Shown: positions 1-31,689 of the stretch, one piece after another | Position numbering within the stretch: position 1 is the first letter of the stretch | Layout: every line of letters begins with the position of its first letter | NCBI GenBank assembly: GCA_964106915.2 | Contig: OZ066931.1 | Source of the DNA: Podarcis gaigeae | Lineage: Eukaryota | Strand: one strand, 5' to 3' | DNA length: 64,000 nt | Position numbers and translations under genes: made by a program | Notes under the pieces: generated by a model | What the model was told of the DNA's origin: nothing | Seen by the model: the letters and a program-made list of their open reading frames with translations, nothing else | Databases searched by the model: none

Positions 1-2580
1 GGGAAGTGGCAATTTCATGGGGCACAGGGAGCCTCAGGAAGGTTGTATGAAACCTGCAGGCTGTGGGCTGCCAAACTGTGGTTTTACTCCTCCAGAAGCA
101 ACATGCCATTTGAGAGCAATGTGTCTATCCCAATCCGGGTGGCTCCCCCATAGGACAAGCAGGGTTCCAGGTGCCAGTCCTATGGGGGGGGGGTGCCAGA
201 GGGCCAGTTGCCAGGTGTCCTGGGCACAGAGGTGCGGAATCAGGCCTGCCACCCAGCTTAATGCAGCCTACCAGCCTCATTGTGAAATAAAGCCTCCTGC
301 TCTGTTTTTTGCCTGAGGTTGCAAGAACAGAGATGTAGTCAATGCGGGTTGCAGGGTTGGTACAGCTCTGAGCCCCCTCCCCTCTGGCTAAGGCCTTATT
401 TGTCAGCAGCTGCTGGGCCTGAGGTGCTGCACACCATGCAAAGTACTGCTAAATCAGGCACTCTGTAGAACTGTGGGAAAGTTAACACAGTAGGTGGTTT
501 GCCAGACTCTGCTGCCGCCAGTTAAGTCCAAGGGCCAAACATGGTAGGCCACACGACTGCAGGCCAGTGCAAGATGTTTCACGAAGGGAGAGCAGAGGGT
601 TCATTTCCCCTAAGCAACCATGCATCTTCTTTGCTTTCTTAGGAAGATGAGGTGTGCTTGGAAGCAGCAGGATTGGGAAAGGGAGGCAAGTGGGGAGAGG
701 AGGAAATACCCGTGCAAAAGCCAGAGGGGAGAGAACCAGAGCAAACCCTGGTGTCCCACCATCAAAGCCAATGGCTGATTTTTAAAAATAATAATAACTG
801 TGTGATGGCTGTAGCTAAATGTGCATTTAAAGGACATGGGAGCACACATCATTAATAGCTTGCTGGTATGTTATTTCGCGTGGAAAACACAACTGGCAGT
901 GAGCCTTCTAACAACAACAACAACAGTAACAGTAACAACAACAGCAGCAATCACCTTCATGACTAATTAAAAGAGGGCTCAGTTTTTAAGAAGAGACACA
1001 TCTGTGCAGACTAACACTGGCATAAGTGAAATAGGGGACAACCACCAATCCTAGTTCCTTTGCCACACGCTCCCTCTCTCCATCGCATCACGCACATGGC
1101 AAGAGGCAAGACCATAATTGCTGCACTCCTCCTAATGTGGATATATGCTGTGCAGTTGAACTAATGCAGCTCCACTGGCTGAGGCCTTGTTGTTTGTATA
1201 CAAAAACATCTCTTTCTCTTTCTCTTTCTTTTTCTCTACCTCCACCTCCACCCTGCTTTAGAAAACGGGGGGAAATGACCCTAGGAGAATTCCTGCTATT
1301 TCAAGGAGAACAAGTCCTAAAGGACAGCTGTATGGAAATCAAGTCTCAGCAAGTTCCCATAGAAAGTGCCCTAAGCAAATGGCACAGGGCCTTCTGCTGG
1401 CCTTCACAGGGAAGACCAGTCCCTCAAAATTAAGGGACTAAAGTATTAGAAGCCACGAGGACAAAGCCTCAGGAAGGGCTTTATGTTCTACAGAGTTGCA
1501 CAAGGGGGTCCCGAGACAGCCCAGGACCGTGGCTTTCAAGGCTTCCCACCTCAAGGGACTCCATATTGGCTTATCTGCTGAGGACCCAATTTGTGTCTGG
1601 GACCCCTGCAATGTGAGAGGCATCTTAGGCCACACTCTCAGTTTGTAAGGGCATGAGGCAGACCTAAACTGTTGCCCCTGAAGAATGAACCAACCCCACA
1701 TTCTGAAAAAGTTGTGGAAGGTCGGTCAAAGAGGTCGTGGTGAGGTTTTTTGACCGTTTGCCCTGCATTACTTACCCATCTTCTCACTGGGGAGCTCTTT
1801 GTAAGTTCCGAGGAACAGCAAGGTTTCAGGGAAAATTACTGATCTAGAGCAACGTGGATTTCCTAACTTGCTCCCTTGGCTGCCATGTCACCCATATGGT
1901 GTCCAGGTAAGGAGGCAGGCCTTCCTCAAGCGGAGCTCAGGGGGCGAAGGTTGAAGGGGAGGGGGTTTTGGTGCTGCCCTGTGCATCCAGCTTCTACAGC
2001 CCAGTTGTGGCAAAAAGGAGGCCACCAGGGAGAAAGGTGCAAGAGCTACATTCATGGCTTGGATTCGTATCAAATGTTGTGCGGCTGTTTTGTGTGGAGA
2101 AAGGCGGAGACCGGTCCCGCTGAACCTCCCAGGCCTCTGAGGTGTGGCTGATGCTGGAAGCTCACTCCAAAACATCCACAGATGCAGAGGGCAGAGAATG
2201 GCAGTGGGGCAACAAAACCCACGCTTTGGCGTTACTATCTTGGGATATTCAGGCACTGTGTGTGTGAGGTGTGTGTGTGGGAGAGAGAGAAAACTTCAGA
2301 GTCACTTGTCAGGATGGGGCGACCCATTCCCTCCCTCCAGTCCTAGAACGAGGCAGGCTAAGTGAGAGAAGGTGACGAAGGGCACAGTCAACAAGTGCCA
2401 GAAATAAGTGATGCCCCAGCAGAGAAAACGTGACTCTTCCTTCAGCAGCCTGGGCAACAGCCAGCCTTCTTCTGCAGCTCCCAGGAGGAAAGGAAAGCAG
2501 CCGGGATCCTCTTACTGAGCACTCAGCCGAGTGGGCCGGGGCAGGAATGGTGAGGGGATGCTTCAGGGTGCCTGGCTCTC

Positions 2581-22417
<19,837 letters not shown>

Positions 22418-22599
22418 GGTGTCCCTTAGGGTGGGGTGGGGGGCACTGCCCCTTGCTCCTGGCTTCCTCTCTGCCCCCCCCCCACTCCTTCTCCTCCTCC
22501 TCCAGCTCGGGTGCTCTGCTCTCTGCCTGGCTGTGGCAGGGCTGGCTCTTCAGCCAGAGTCCGCTCTCACCCCACAATGCCCAACCCTCAGCCTGACTA

Positions 22600-22870
22600 G
22601 GTGGGAGGGGACTGAGCCATGGCCATCCCTTACAACCATAGAGAAAGCCTCGGGGCACCATAGAGAGGACGGCGACAGACGGGCGCTCCTCAAGGCAGCC
22701 ACGAGGTGGCGCCTGGAAGAAGCGCGCGCGTTTAGCTCTTTCTCTCGCTCGCTCACTCACTTGCTTTTGCTCTGCCTTTAAATCGCTCTAATTCGGAGGT
22801 TTTAGACCCCGCTAGAGTCCACTGCACCAATCGCACCCACCCAGATAGTAAATGCAGTATGTGTCCAGGC
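22600..22870 (-). promoter_or_regulatory. Putative ABCD1 proximal promoter / 5' UTR
   Basis: CpG-enriched stretch continuous with exon 1, a (CG)n run near 22722, TTTAAA near 22778 and a CCAAT box near 22827. The TSS cannot be determined from sequence. Confidence 0.5.
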
Positions 22871-24084
22871 GTTCGTCTTAAATCCAGACGTTTTTTGTTT
22901 TTTTTAACCCATTATTTTGGGGTTGGTTGATCTGACGCATCCATCATTGCAAGCAATGGCGCTGTGGCTTCTAAAACAACAACGGATGATTTATTTTCTA
23001 ATTAGAAGACCCCGAGGAGGAGCATGTTTACTGCTTGCAACTCCCCGAGAGAACACAGTTACTGCCTGCTTAATTAATAATAAGTACATGAATGTAGATG
23101 ACTTTAAAAGTTTGACAATAAAACCTGATGTAACACACGAGGTTAAGAAAATATTTTTGCCATCAGGAATCTCTGTTTGGAAGGTAGGGGGTGGGTGAGA
23201 AGGGGGTACTGTTGGATGTCGGTTTTGTTATTTTGAAAAACTAGTAACATATATAGAATATATTTTTAAGCAAATTCTGTGTCCTGTTGGGGGTGGGGTG
23301 TGTGTATGAAAGAGACACAAGCTCTCCTGGTTCAGGACCAATGGCCCATCTAGTCTGCCATCTCGTTCTCACTGTTGGCCAACCAGATGCCTACCCACAA
23401 GCAGGATCCGAACACAAGAGCACTCACCTCTCCTCCGGTTTTCAGCAATTGGGACTCAGAAGCATTGCGCCTCCAGCACTGAGGCAGAGCACAGCCATCA
23501 TGGTGTGTGGGCGAATGGAAATTGCATTGCGTAGCGTTGTTAGATCATATCAAAAAGGCTTTCTGTTGTGGGTTCCAGATGTTGTTGGACTTTTAATTTC
23601 CATCAGCCCCAGCCAGCATGGCCAATGGTAAGAGATAATGAGACTTGTAGTCCAAGATCATATAGAGTAGGGATGGGCGACCTGTGGCAACCTTCCAGAC
23701 CACCAGCTCCCATCGTCTGTGGTCATAGGTCAACCAAGTTCCAGTGTTTTGCAGTTGTAGTCTAAAATGTATGGAAAGCATCAGTTTGGGCAGACTGTTC
23801 TAGGCAGTTACTGGGGTACCATTTCAAGCGCAGGGAGCAGCTTCCAACAAAATGGAATTTCACTACCTTTCATGCCCTGGAAGATGCACAGTTATGGATG
23901 CATATTGAGAGGAAATGTTTTGGCAGCATCAATGGTTTCATGAGCTCAAGAGATAATGGACATGGTGAGTATGCTTGTGTATGAGGAGAGGATTAGATTA
24001 TTTTGCTACCTCAGTAATCCACCTCTACTCAAGTTTGAACACAGCAATACTTTAAGTCTTTGTGAGTTCCCAAACTATACTCTG

Positions 24085-24231
24085 AGGTGGCGCTGTGGTC
24101 TAAACCACTGAGCCTAGGGCTTGCCGATCTGAAGGTTGGCGGTTCGAATCCCTGCGACAGGGTGAGCTCCTGTTGCTCGGTCCCACCTCCTGCCAACCTA
24201 GCAGTTTGAAAGCACATCAGAGTGCAAGTAG

Positions 24232-24263
<32 letters not shown>

Positions 24264-25312
24264 TTATTATTTATACCCCGCCCATCTGGCTGAGTTTTCC
24301 CCAGCCACTCTGGGCGGCTCCCAATCAGTGTTAAAAACCGTACAGCATTACATATTAAAAACTTCCCTGAACAGGGCTGCCTTAAGATATCTTCTGAACG
24401 TCAGGTAATTCTTTATCTCTTTGACATCTGATGGGAGGGCGTTCCACAGGGCGGGCGCCGCTACCGAGAAGGCCCTCTGTCTGGTTCCCTGTAGCCTCAC
24501 TTCTCGCAATGAGGGAACCGCCAGAAGGCCCTCAGCGCTGGATCTCAGTGTCCGGGCTGAACGATGGGGGTGGAGACGCTCCTTCAGGTATACAGGACCG
24601 AGGCCGTTTAGGGCTTTAAAGGTCAGCACCAACACTTTGAATCGTGCTCGGAAACGTACTGGGAGCCAATGCAGATCTCTCAGAACCGGTGTTATGTGGT
24701 CCCGGCGGCCACTCCCAGTCACCAGTCTCGCTGCCGCATTCTGGATTAATTGCAGTTTCCGGGTCACCTTCAAAGGTAGCCCCACGTCGAGCGCGTTGCA
24801 GTAGTCCAAGCGTGAGATAACTAGAGCATGCACCACTCTGGCGAGACAGTCCGTGGGGAGGTAGGGTCTTAGCCTGCGTACCAGGTGGAGCTGGTAGACA
24901 GCTGCCCTGGACACAGAGTTAATCTGCGCCTCCATGGACAGCTGTGAGTCCAAAATGACTCCCAGGCTGCGCACCTGGTCCTTCAGGGGCACAGTTACCC
25001 CATTCAGGACCAGGGAATCCTCCACACCTGCCCGCCTCCTGTCCCCCAAAAACAGTACTTCTGTCTTGTCAGGATTCAACCCCAATCTGTTAGCCGCCAT
25101 CCAACCTACTGCTCTGACGGGAAGGTAATCGGCGTTTCTATGTGCTGCTCCGGTTTCACCAGAAGCAGCTTAGTTATGCTGGCCACATGACCCGGAAAAA
25201 CTGTCTGCGGACAAACGTCAGCTCCCTTGGCCAGTAAAACGAGATGAGCACCACAACCCTAGAGTCGTTTGCGACTGGACTTAACTGTCAGAGGTCCTTT
25301 ACCTTTACCTTT
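24085..25312 (+). mobile_element. Sauria SINE split by an L2 insertion
   Basis: 5' half 24085-~24233 and 3' half ~25107-25312 ending in (ACCTTT)n; near-TSD aaactatactc / aaactatgctc. Confidence 0.85.
24234..25105 (-). mobile_element. L2-clade LINE, 5'-truncated
   Basis: 250-aa ORF2 C-terminus (LNPDKTE, SRLDYCN, QNAAAR, LHWLP, RAFSVAAPALWNALP) and a (TTA)n tail. Confidence 0.9.
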
Positions 25313-26849
25313 AAACTATGCTCAGTATGTTAGAGTTTCTATAAGAAATAGACAATCCAAAAGCTTAAAAAACTGCTAGTGTGAGTAGGTGTACAAAGTT
25401 CAGAGCTGGCACCATAGAGATAAAAATTAGACTCTGTCCTGATTGTTATCACTGTGAGTTCTTTAATTTACCCCTCAAATGTATTTTTAATCTGAAGGGG
25501 GTAAAGGTCATAGTTCTTTTAGAGGAAGGAGCTGAAGTCCTCAAAACCCCAATGTCAGCAAAGTCCTGAAGTTTTCCCACCAGCTGCATGCAGGATCCCC
25601 ATGGATGAAACCCATCCCAAGGTTTGTGATTAAGCCTCAAGATCTTTCAGTTTGCATTCTTTACAAAACAACTGCCTGGGATTTCACAATAACTCAAAAC
25701 ATTTCCATGACTTCATGGCATGTATAAATTTCACAAAGCAATTATTTGTTGATGTCATGCTTACATCGCATCCTTATATAACCAAAGGCTAGGAAGCAAT
25801 AATGCTGCTATGAGCATAGACCCCATGACAAGTTTCACAGTAACAGCCACATTAGGATCCAATAAAACATTCCTTTCAGGCTTGCTGCTAAACTGAGCTA
25901 GCCGTGGTGACTGGAGGAGAGCTGGTATGTCCTTGGTGATCAGTCTGCTCCTTTGGCCGTGATGCTTGCAAAGTCTGTTTGACTACATGCATAGCAGCAT
26001 CGCTGCTGCAGAAGCGAGGTCCTCAATGGCTGGGTACTCTGCTGTAACTTAGGTTAGTATTTGTTCCGATTAAGCCAAGGGAAGGTGCTGCACACACAGC
26101 AAGTGTTCAAGAGCACATATGCAAAGTGGCTGGTTGTTAATATGGCAGAGGTAGAAAAGGGGCAGGTATTGTGGCAATGCTCAATTGAGTGCAATGCACT
26201 AAGCATGGTCATGCACCTGCTTCTCTGCCAGAACCCAGTTCCAGCTCCTTTTGGAATCCTCCCCACAGCAAGAATTGGAAACCAGATCTTGAAAAGACAA
26301 TAAAGTAAAAAAAGGGCAGAACTAGAATCTCCTTTTCACTGCAGTGCTTTAACGTAAACATGCCTTCCACCCCACAAAAGAGTGTTTGGCTGGCCTGGAG
26401 GAGCCAGAAGATTAAAAAGAACCCGGGGATGTGGAGTTTGGACTCTTGGCTACTGTATTTCCACGCCTCTATCTTTGCACGGAAGAGCCTATCGTCTGCG
26501 AATGGGAACCTGAAGTCTCATTAGCCGGGAAATCACTAAGGCCACTACCCTTTGGCATTGCCGTGGCAACCGAGGTTTCCTGTAGTGTCATGACAGTTGC
26601 TCTATTTGTTACTACAGAGATAAGAAAATGTAGAGTAACACACCATCTAAACTAAAAGTATAAAATTAAATTGACAGCTGCCATTGGGTCAGAGGTGAAA
26701 ATTCCTTTTGGTAATTAAACAGTAGCAGCCAATTCAGTTTAATGAGATGAGTGCCAATAAAAGCTCTGTACCAGAAACAGAAACCTGACTAGAACTGCAT
26801 CCCCTCCATCTGTTCCTGGTCACCTTTCCACTTTAAAAATAAAAATAAA

Positions 26850-28239
26850 AATATTAAAGATTTTCTTGTTTTACAGAAGTGTAATGTCTCTCATATTTTT
26901 TCCATGTAACATTTTTACAAATCCGTTTCATTTGTTGAGACATTAGGGGGAGGAAAAAAATAGGGGTGGAGGGAGGGAAGATGGGTGGGGGTGGGGTCGG
27001 GTGGCGATGTTCCTCTTATGCTTAATGTATGTAGGGTTTGGTGTCAGCGTTGCTTGTGCTGTCTACTTGTGTTCCTTTGGTGGTGAGAGAGGTTGGGGTT
27101 GGTCTAGGGTGTGGTTCTTTGTTTCTGATAGGCTGTGGTGATCTTTGTTGTCGTGTGTGAGTGGGGTGGGTGGGTGTTTTGGATCAGGTTAGCCATATTG
27201 ATTCGTATGCTGTTGGTGGATTATTGTCATTGTCTTGTTGGGCTGTGTACGTGATAAAGGGGAGCCATACCAGGGTAGAGGCGTCTTCTTCTGTTTGTCC
27301 CTGTGTCAGTTTCAGTTTATTGGTTATTTTTTCTAGTAGGGCTGTTTCCCATACTATTTGGTACCATTGGTCCATGCTTACTCCTGACAGGTCTCTCCAG
27401 TGTCTGGTTATGGTGTTTCTGGCTGCTGAAAGTAGGTGGGTTATGAGTTCTTTGTGGTGTAAATGGGCATTGTTGTCTTGGAAGATGTTTAGTAGGGCCA
27501 ATTCTGGGGTGATGTCTAATACTTGCTAAGTTATTTTACATATTTCTCATGTGGCTGTTTTCCAGAATACCGTATTTTTCGCCCCATAGGACGCACCGCC
27601 CCATAGGACACACCTAGCTTTTTTTTTGGGGGGGGGATAAAGAAAAAAAAATATTCCCCCCCAGGCGCGGGGCTGGTGTGGGGGAAGCTCGAGCTCCCCC
27701 CAACCCCAGCCCCCAGAGCAGGCTGCTGCCTGCAAGTCTTGCAAGCCCGGCGCGAGAGGCTTGCGGACATCTGTCCGAAGTACGGGGCGTGCTCCACAGC
27801 GCGCCCCGTGCTTTGGGCTGCAGCCCGCAAGCCTTGCGCGCCCGGTGGGACCTCCCACCGGGCGCGCGAGGCTTGCGGATAGAGGGCAAAAAATATGGTA
27901 GTTGGATTTTGGGGAACTCCCACCACATGTGGAGGTATGTGCCTGTGGAGGTGCACCCTCTCCAGCATTTTGGTGAGGTTCCTGGGCGTATTAGCGCTAG
28001 TTTTCTTGGTGTTAGGTACCACCTGTAGGTGAGTTTCAAAGTGAGTTATTTTCTTTTCGTTGATATGGATTTAAAGGGGGGTTTAGACCACATTCTGGTC
28101 CATTGAGTGGGGTTAATCTCGTAGCCTACGTCATTCTCCCATTTTATTTTATTTTTATTGCGTCTAGGGGGTTTGTGGGATTTTGGAGTAGTATTTTGTA
28201 TATTGCGGATACCGTCCCTTTCCACTTTTTATCACATAA
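26850..28239 (-). mobile_element. 5'-truncated L1-clade LINE (same family as 15543-16262)
   Basis: ORF2 3' region with a CCHC-like motif CWRGC...HMWW; 18-bp TSD tttaaaaataaaaataaa at 26832-26849 and 28240-28257. Confidence 0.85.
27570..27898. mobile_element. Tc1/mariner (Tc2/pogo-like) MITE nested in L1
   Basis: TIRs CCGTATTTTTCGCC / GGCAAAAAATATGG with a TA TSD. Confidence 0.85.
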
Positions 28240-29863
28240 TTTAAAAATAAAAATAAATAAATTCGGCACTGAGGTTCTGATGAAAGCAGTAACCACAGAG
28301 ATGCAAATGAGTTTGAGTTTAAGAATTCCACTTTGTGGACCTTGCTTCCAGTTCCACTTTGAACATTGCCCTATGGGGATCAAGAGCCCAATACGGGATG
28401 TGGGGAGCTGCCCCAAGCATGATGTGCAGGGCCAGCTCAATACATTTTGGCACCTGAGGCAAAACAAAAAATGGTACCCCCCTCCCTGCCAGGGAAGAAG
28501 GGGTGAGTGAAGATCTGTCTCCAGACAAGGGGGAAATAAAGATCTATATCAGGATCTGCTGCTCCTGTGGATTCTGCCGCCTGAGGCTGGCACCTTACTT
28601 TGCTCATGGTTTTGCCCCAGACAGTTCTCATTTTATAGTATTGTTTCCTTCTCCCTGGATCAGACCAGACTTGTCCATTTTGCAGACCAGTCTTTCTCAG
28701 TTAACTTTTGACACTATTCTTCCACCCCTCTCAATCACCCTCCAGTTTAGTGGGGCAGAAATGAAAACAGCTGTCAGGAGAAAGCAGAAAAACCTAGCTA
28801 TTTAGGACAGCTGTTATCTGGCAGCTCCACAAACTCCTCAGTCAAAAACAGGGAAGCAAAAGAAATGGGAGTTTGTAGTTTTTGGGACTGATTGATTTGA
28901 TTAATTTACTTACATGTCACTTTTCCACCATGAGCTGTACCCAAAGCACCTTACAGCAAACATTTAAAAACATCAAAATAAAGACCATTGGAAATACAAA
29001 TATGCAAAATACAGAACATGGCAATAAATTCAAAAATGACAAAAATTGGCAATTTGGAAAACACAGAATATATTCAATATTACAAAAATAAAAGGAAATA
29101 TAATTAAAATAAATATAGCAATATATAGCATAACAATTTTTTTTTGCTGTGAATTTATCTTTACTTTTTAAAAAAAATGTGCTGCAGATGTAGACACAAT
29201 TATCCCCATACTGCAGATGTGGGGAGGGAGGTGGAGGAAGCGGTTTTCTCCACAATATACTGTAGTCCAATTTTATTAGCCCCAGGTTTGTGGAGGGAGC
29301 TGAGGCTGTGACCCTATGCACACACCACCAATTCCTAAAGCTACTTTGAAGCTGCATTTTTTATTCACTCATACTAATTTTTTGCCTTCCAAATGCATGT
29401 CAAAATGATTTACAAACATACCATAAAACAGCTAACATATATTTTTAAACAGGGAAAAAATAGCTAAATATAGGTTTAAAATACAAAATTAGCACCCAAG
29501 TTGTTGAAATAAAAAAAGTCTTCAATTGTTTCTGAAAAATATTGTTGTGAGTTTGGGGGGGACCCCCCTAAACCCTAGAAATTAATAAATGGTAGTATTT
29601 TATTTGGAGTATTGAAGGGAAGATTGCAGGCCAGTGGAAAAATACAGGTCAAGCTTTCTTTCCAAGCCAGAACCTCACCTGGGATAGAGGCATTAGCATG
29701 ACAAAAAGGCGTTGATGGCTCATTTAAGAGGAATCTTGGGTATGGATAGAAAGTTGCTAGAGTAACTGGGTGTGAATTGAAAGGTAAAGAATGTATTTTG
29801 CAAGTGTGCTGGAGAGAAGAGAGATCCATCTTGGGCAGGCTGGCTGAGAGACATGCCTTAGAC

Positions 29864-30098
29864 CAGGGGTCGGCAACCTGTGGCCCACGGGGGCAGTTTA
29901 ACCAGCCCACGAGCCACCCCTGAACCAAGCCGCCCACTTGATGAGTCCCTGTGCGCTGCGCTAAACCAATGCGGTGTGGTGCGGAAAATCGTGTCTGCAT
30001 ATGCCCAGATGCCGGAAATCGCATGTGCGCAATCTGGCCCAAGGAGAGATCTCCCTGGGACTTGACTGGCCCAGGCAGGTGAAACCTTGCCGACCCTG
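29864..30098. mobile_element. hAT non-autonomous element
   Basis: TIRs CAGGGGTCGGCAA / TTGCCGACCCTG; perfect 8-bp TSD ccttagac. Confidence 0.85.
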
Positions 30099-31689
30099 CC
30101 TTAGACTCTATGGCTGAACTGCTGTGGGGAACAAGCTTTGCTTGACATGAGCATGCTGTTAAGATCTGGACTCCTTCCATGCAATCTGAAGGTGTAAATA
30201 TGTGAATAAATCATATTTCTTAAAGCTACAACAGTCTCCACTGCGTCTTGAATACTGGTTGTTCAAGGCACTGATGTTACTTTCAAGCTGCCGTGCCCAA
30301 CAGGCCACTCTCCCCACAATAGGCAGTGGGGCGGGCAGGGAACGAGGGGTGGCATTTCCCTTGGAAGGGGTGGCTGGAGACTGCAGTGTTTGCCTAGCCA
30401 GCAAGGCTGACGCGCAGCGTAAATTAATAATGCAGAGTTTTAAAGAATAAAAGCTTTACTGAGTTGAAATAAACTTCTCCATAAACAACATGGTTCCAAA
30501 CGGTTTGACTGAGATTACATACTGACTCTGTTCACAACTGAAACAGACAGACTCTCACTGACATCTTAGAGAGCACAAAAGAGAAAGTGGCTACTAAGTC
30601 AGAGTGTCAGAGGGACTCCACAGTTAGCAGTTAGGCCTGGATAACTTTAGTAGGCCTAAAATGACTGTGCAGTCCCAGCACTTCTCAGCCTGCTTTGCTG
30701 CTTCTGCTCTCATGTGTCTTTGTCACATGACAAAGGCCAGGTGAAAAGTGTACACTCCACTGCTCAGTGAATCCGCACTTGCTTTGCATGTGCAAAGTCC
30801 CAGATTCAGTTAAGTCTTCTTTATTTGTGAGTTTAAAGGACCTCAAGTTGCGTATGATGGGGAAGACCCCTTTGTGAGGGATGCTAGCTGTTAATAATAG
30901 AATATACTGGGGAAGATGGGCTGACAACCTGTCCAGGTATAAGGCAGGTTTGGCTATCCTGTAGCCAGCTTTCCCCTTATACATGCTATTCCTTTAAAGC
31001 ATATTCAAAATAATTGATGGCACTGGTACCTTGGGGTTGCTGGGGATTGTAACTCTGTGTGAGGTCAACTACAGTGTCCACTGCTGGCTCACTGTCCAGA
31101 GAACGCCATCACCCTGTGGTCTTGCAGTTCACTCCTATGCAAGCTGTGCAGAAGCAAACCTCACTGAGCCAGGCGCCTTTGGGTGCAGCAAGACCAGTAC
31201 CACAACCTTTATTGTGGGTTAACTTTCCTTTTTGCTTTGTATTTATGTACTTAAGCCTAGATTGGTGTTGGGTGGGTTGTTTGTATGTATGTGTGTGTGT
31301 GGGGGGGTGTAATACTCAATTTATTCTGCGTCTGCTAAATTGTTTTTTTACTGGCACACTCTGCATCTTGTACGTTTGCTTTTCCAAGGCTTTGCAACGT
31401 TTGCTGTGGGCTGCTTTCTGGGCGCAGCTTGTCATGCAAAAGTGGAAAGTTAAGTAATATTATAATAAAATTTGGGGTTGACTTTTAAAGTCCTAATTTC
31501 CCCCCAAGGGACCCAGGATCCGCTGCTCGTTATCAGTCAGAGAAGAATGAGTGGAGGCAGGAACCAGTTGAGGAAAGCAAGGCCGATCTGTATTTTTCTG
31601 TTGCAAGAATCCCCCCTTCCCATTTTTCTGCGGAGCGTGTGCCCGCTATATGTATGCAGCTTCATTTTTTTAAAGCCGTAAAGAAGACT

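Noticed and set aside
1-2580. ABCD1 polyadenylation site or stop-codon readthrough
   Set aside because: No clear minus-strand AATAAA seen and the stop context TGA-GAG is not the TGA-CTAG readthrough motif; the 3' end is undetermined
24348-25100. 250-aa intact-looking ORF as a host gene
   Set aside because: C-terminal part of L2 ORF2, 5'-truncated, with a near-identical copy at 46-47 kb
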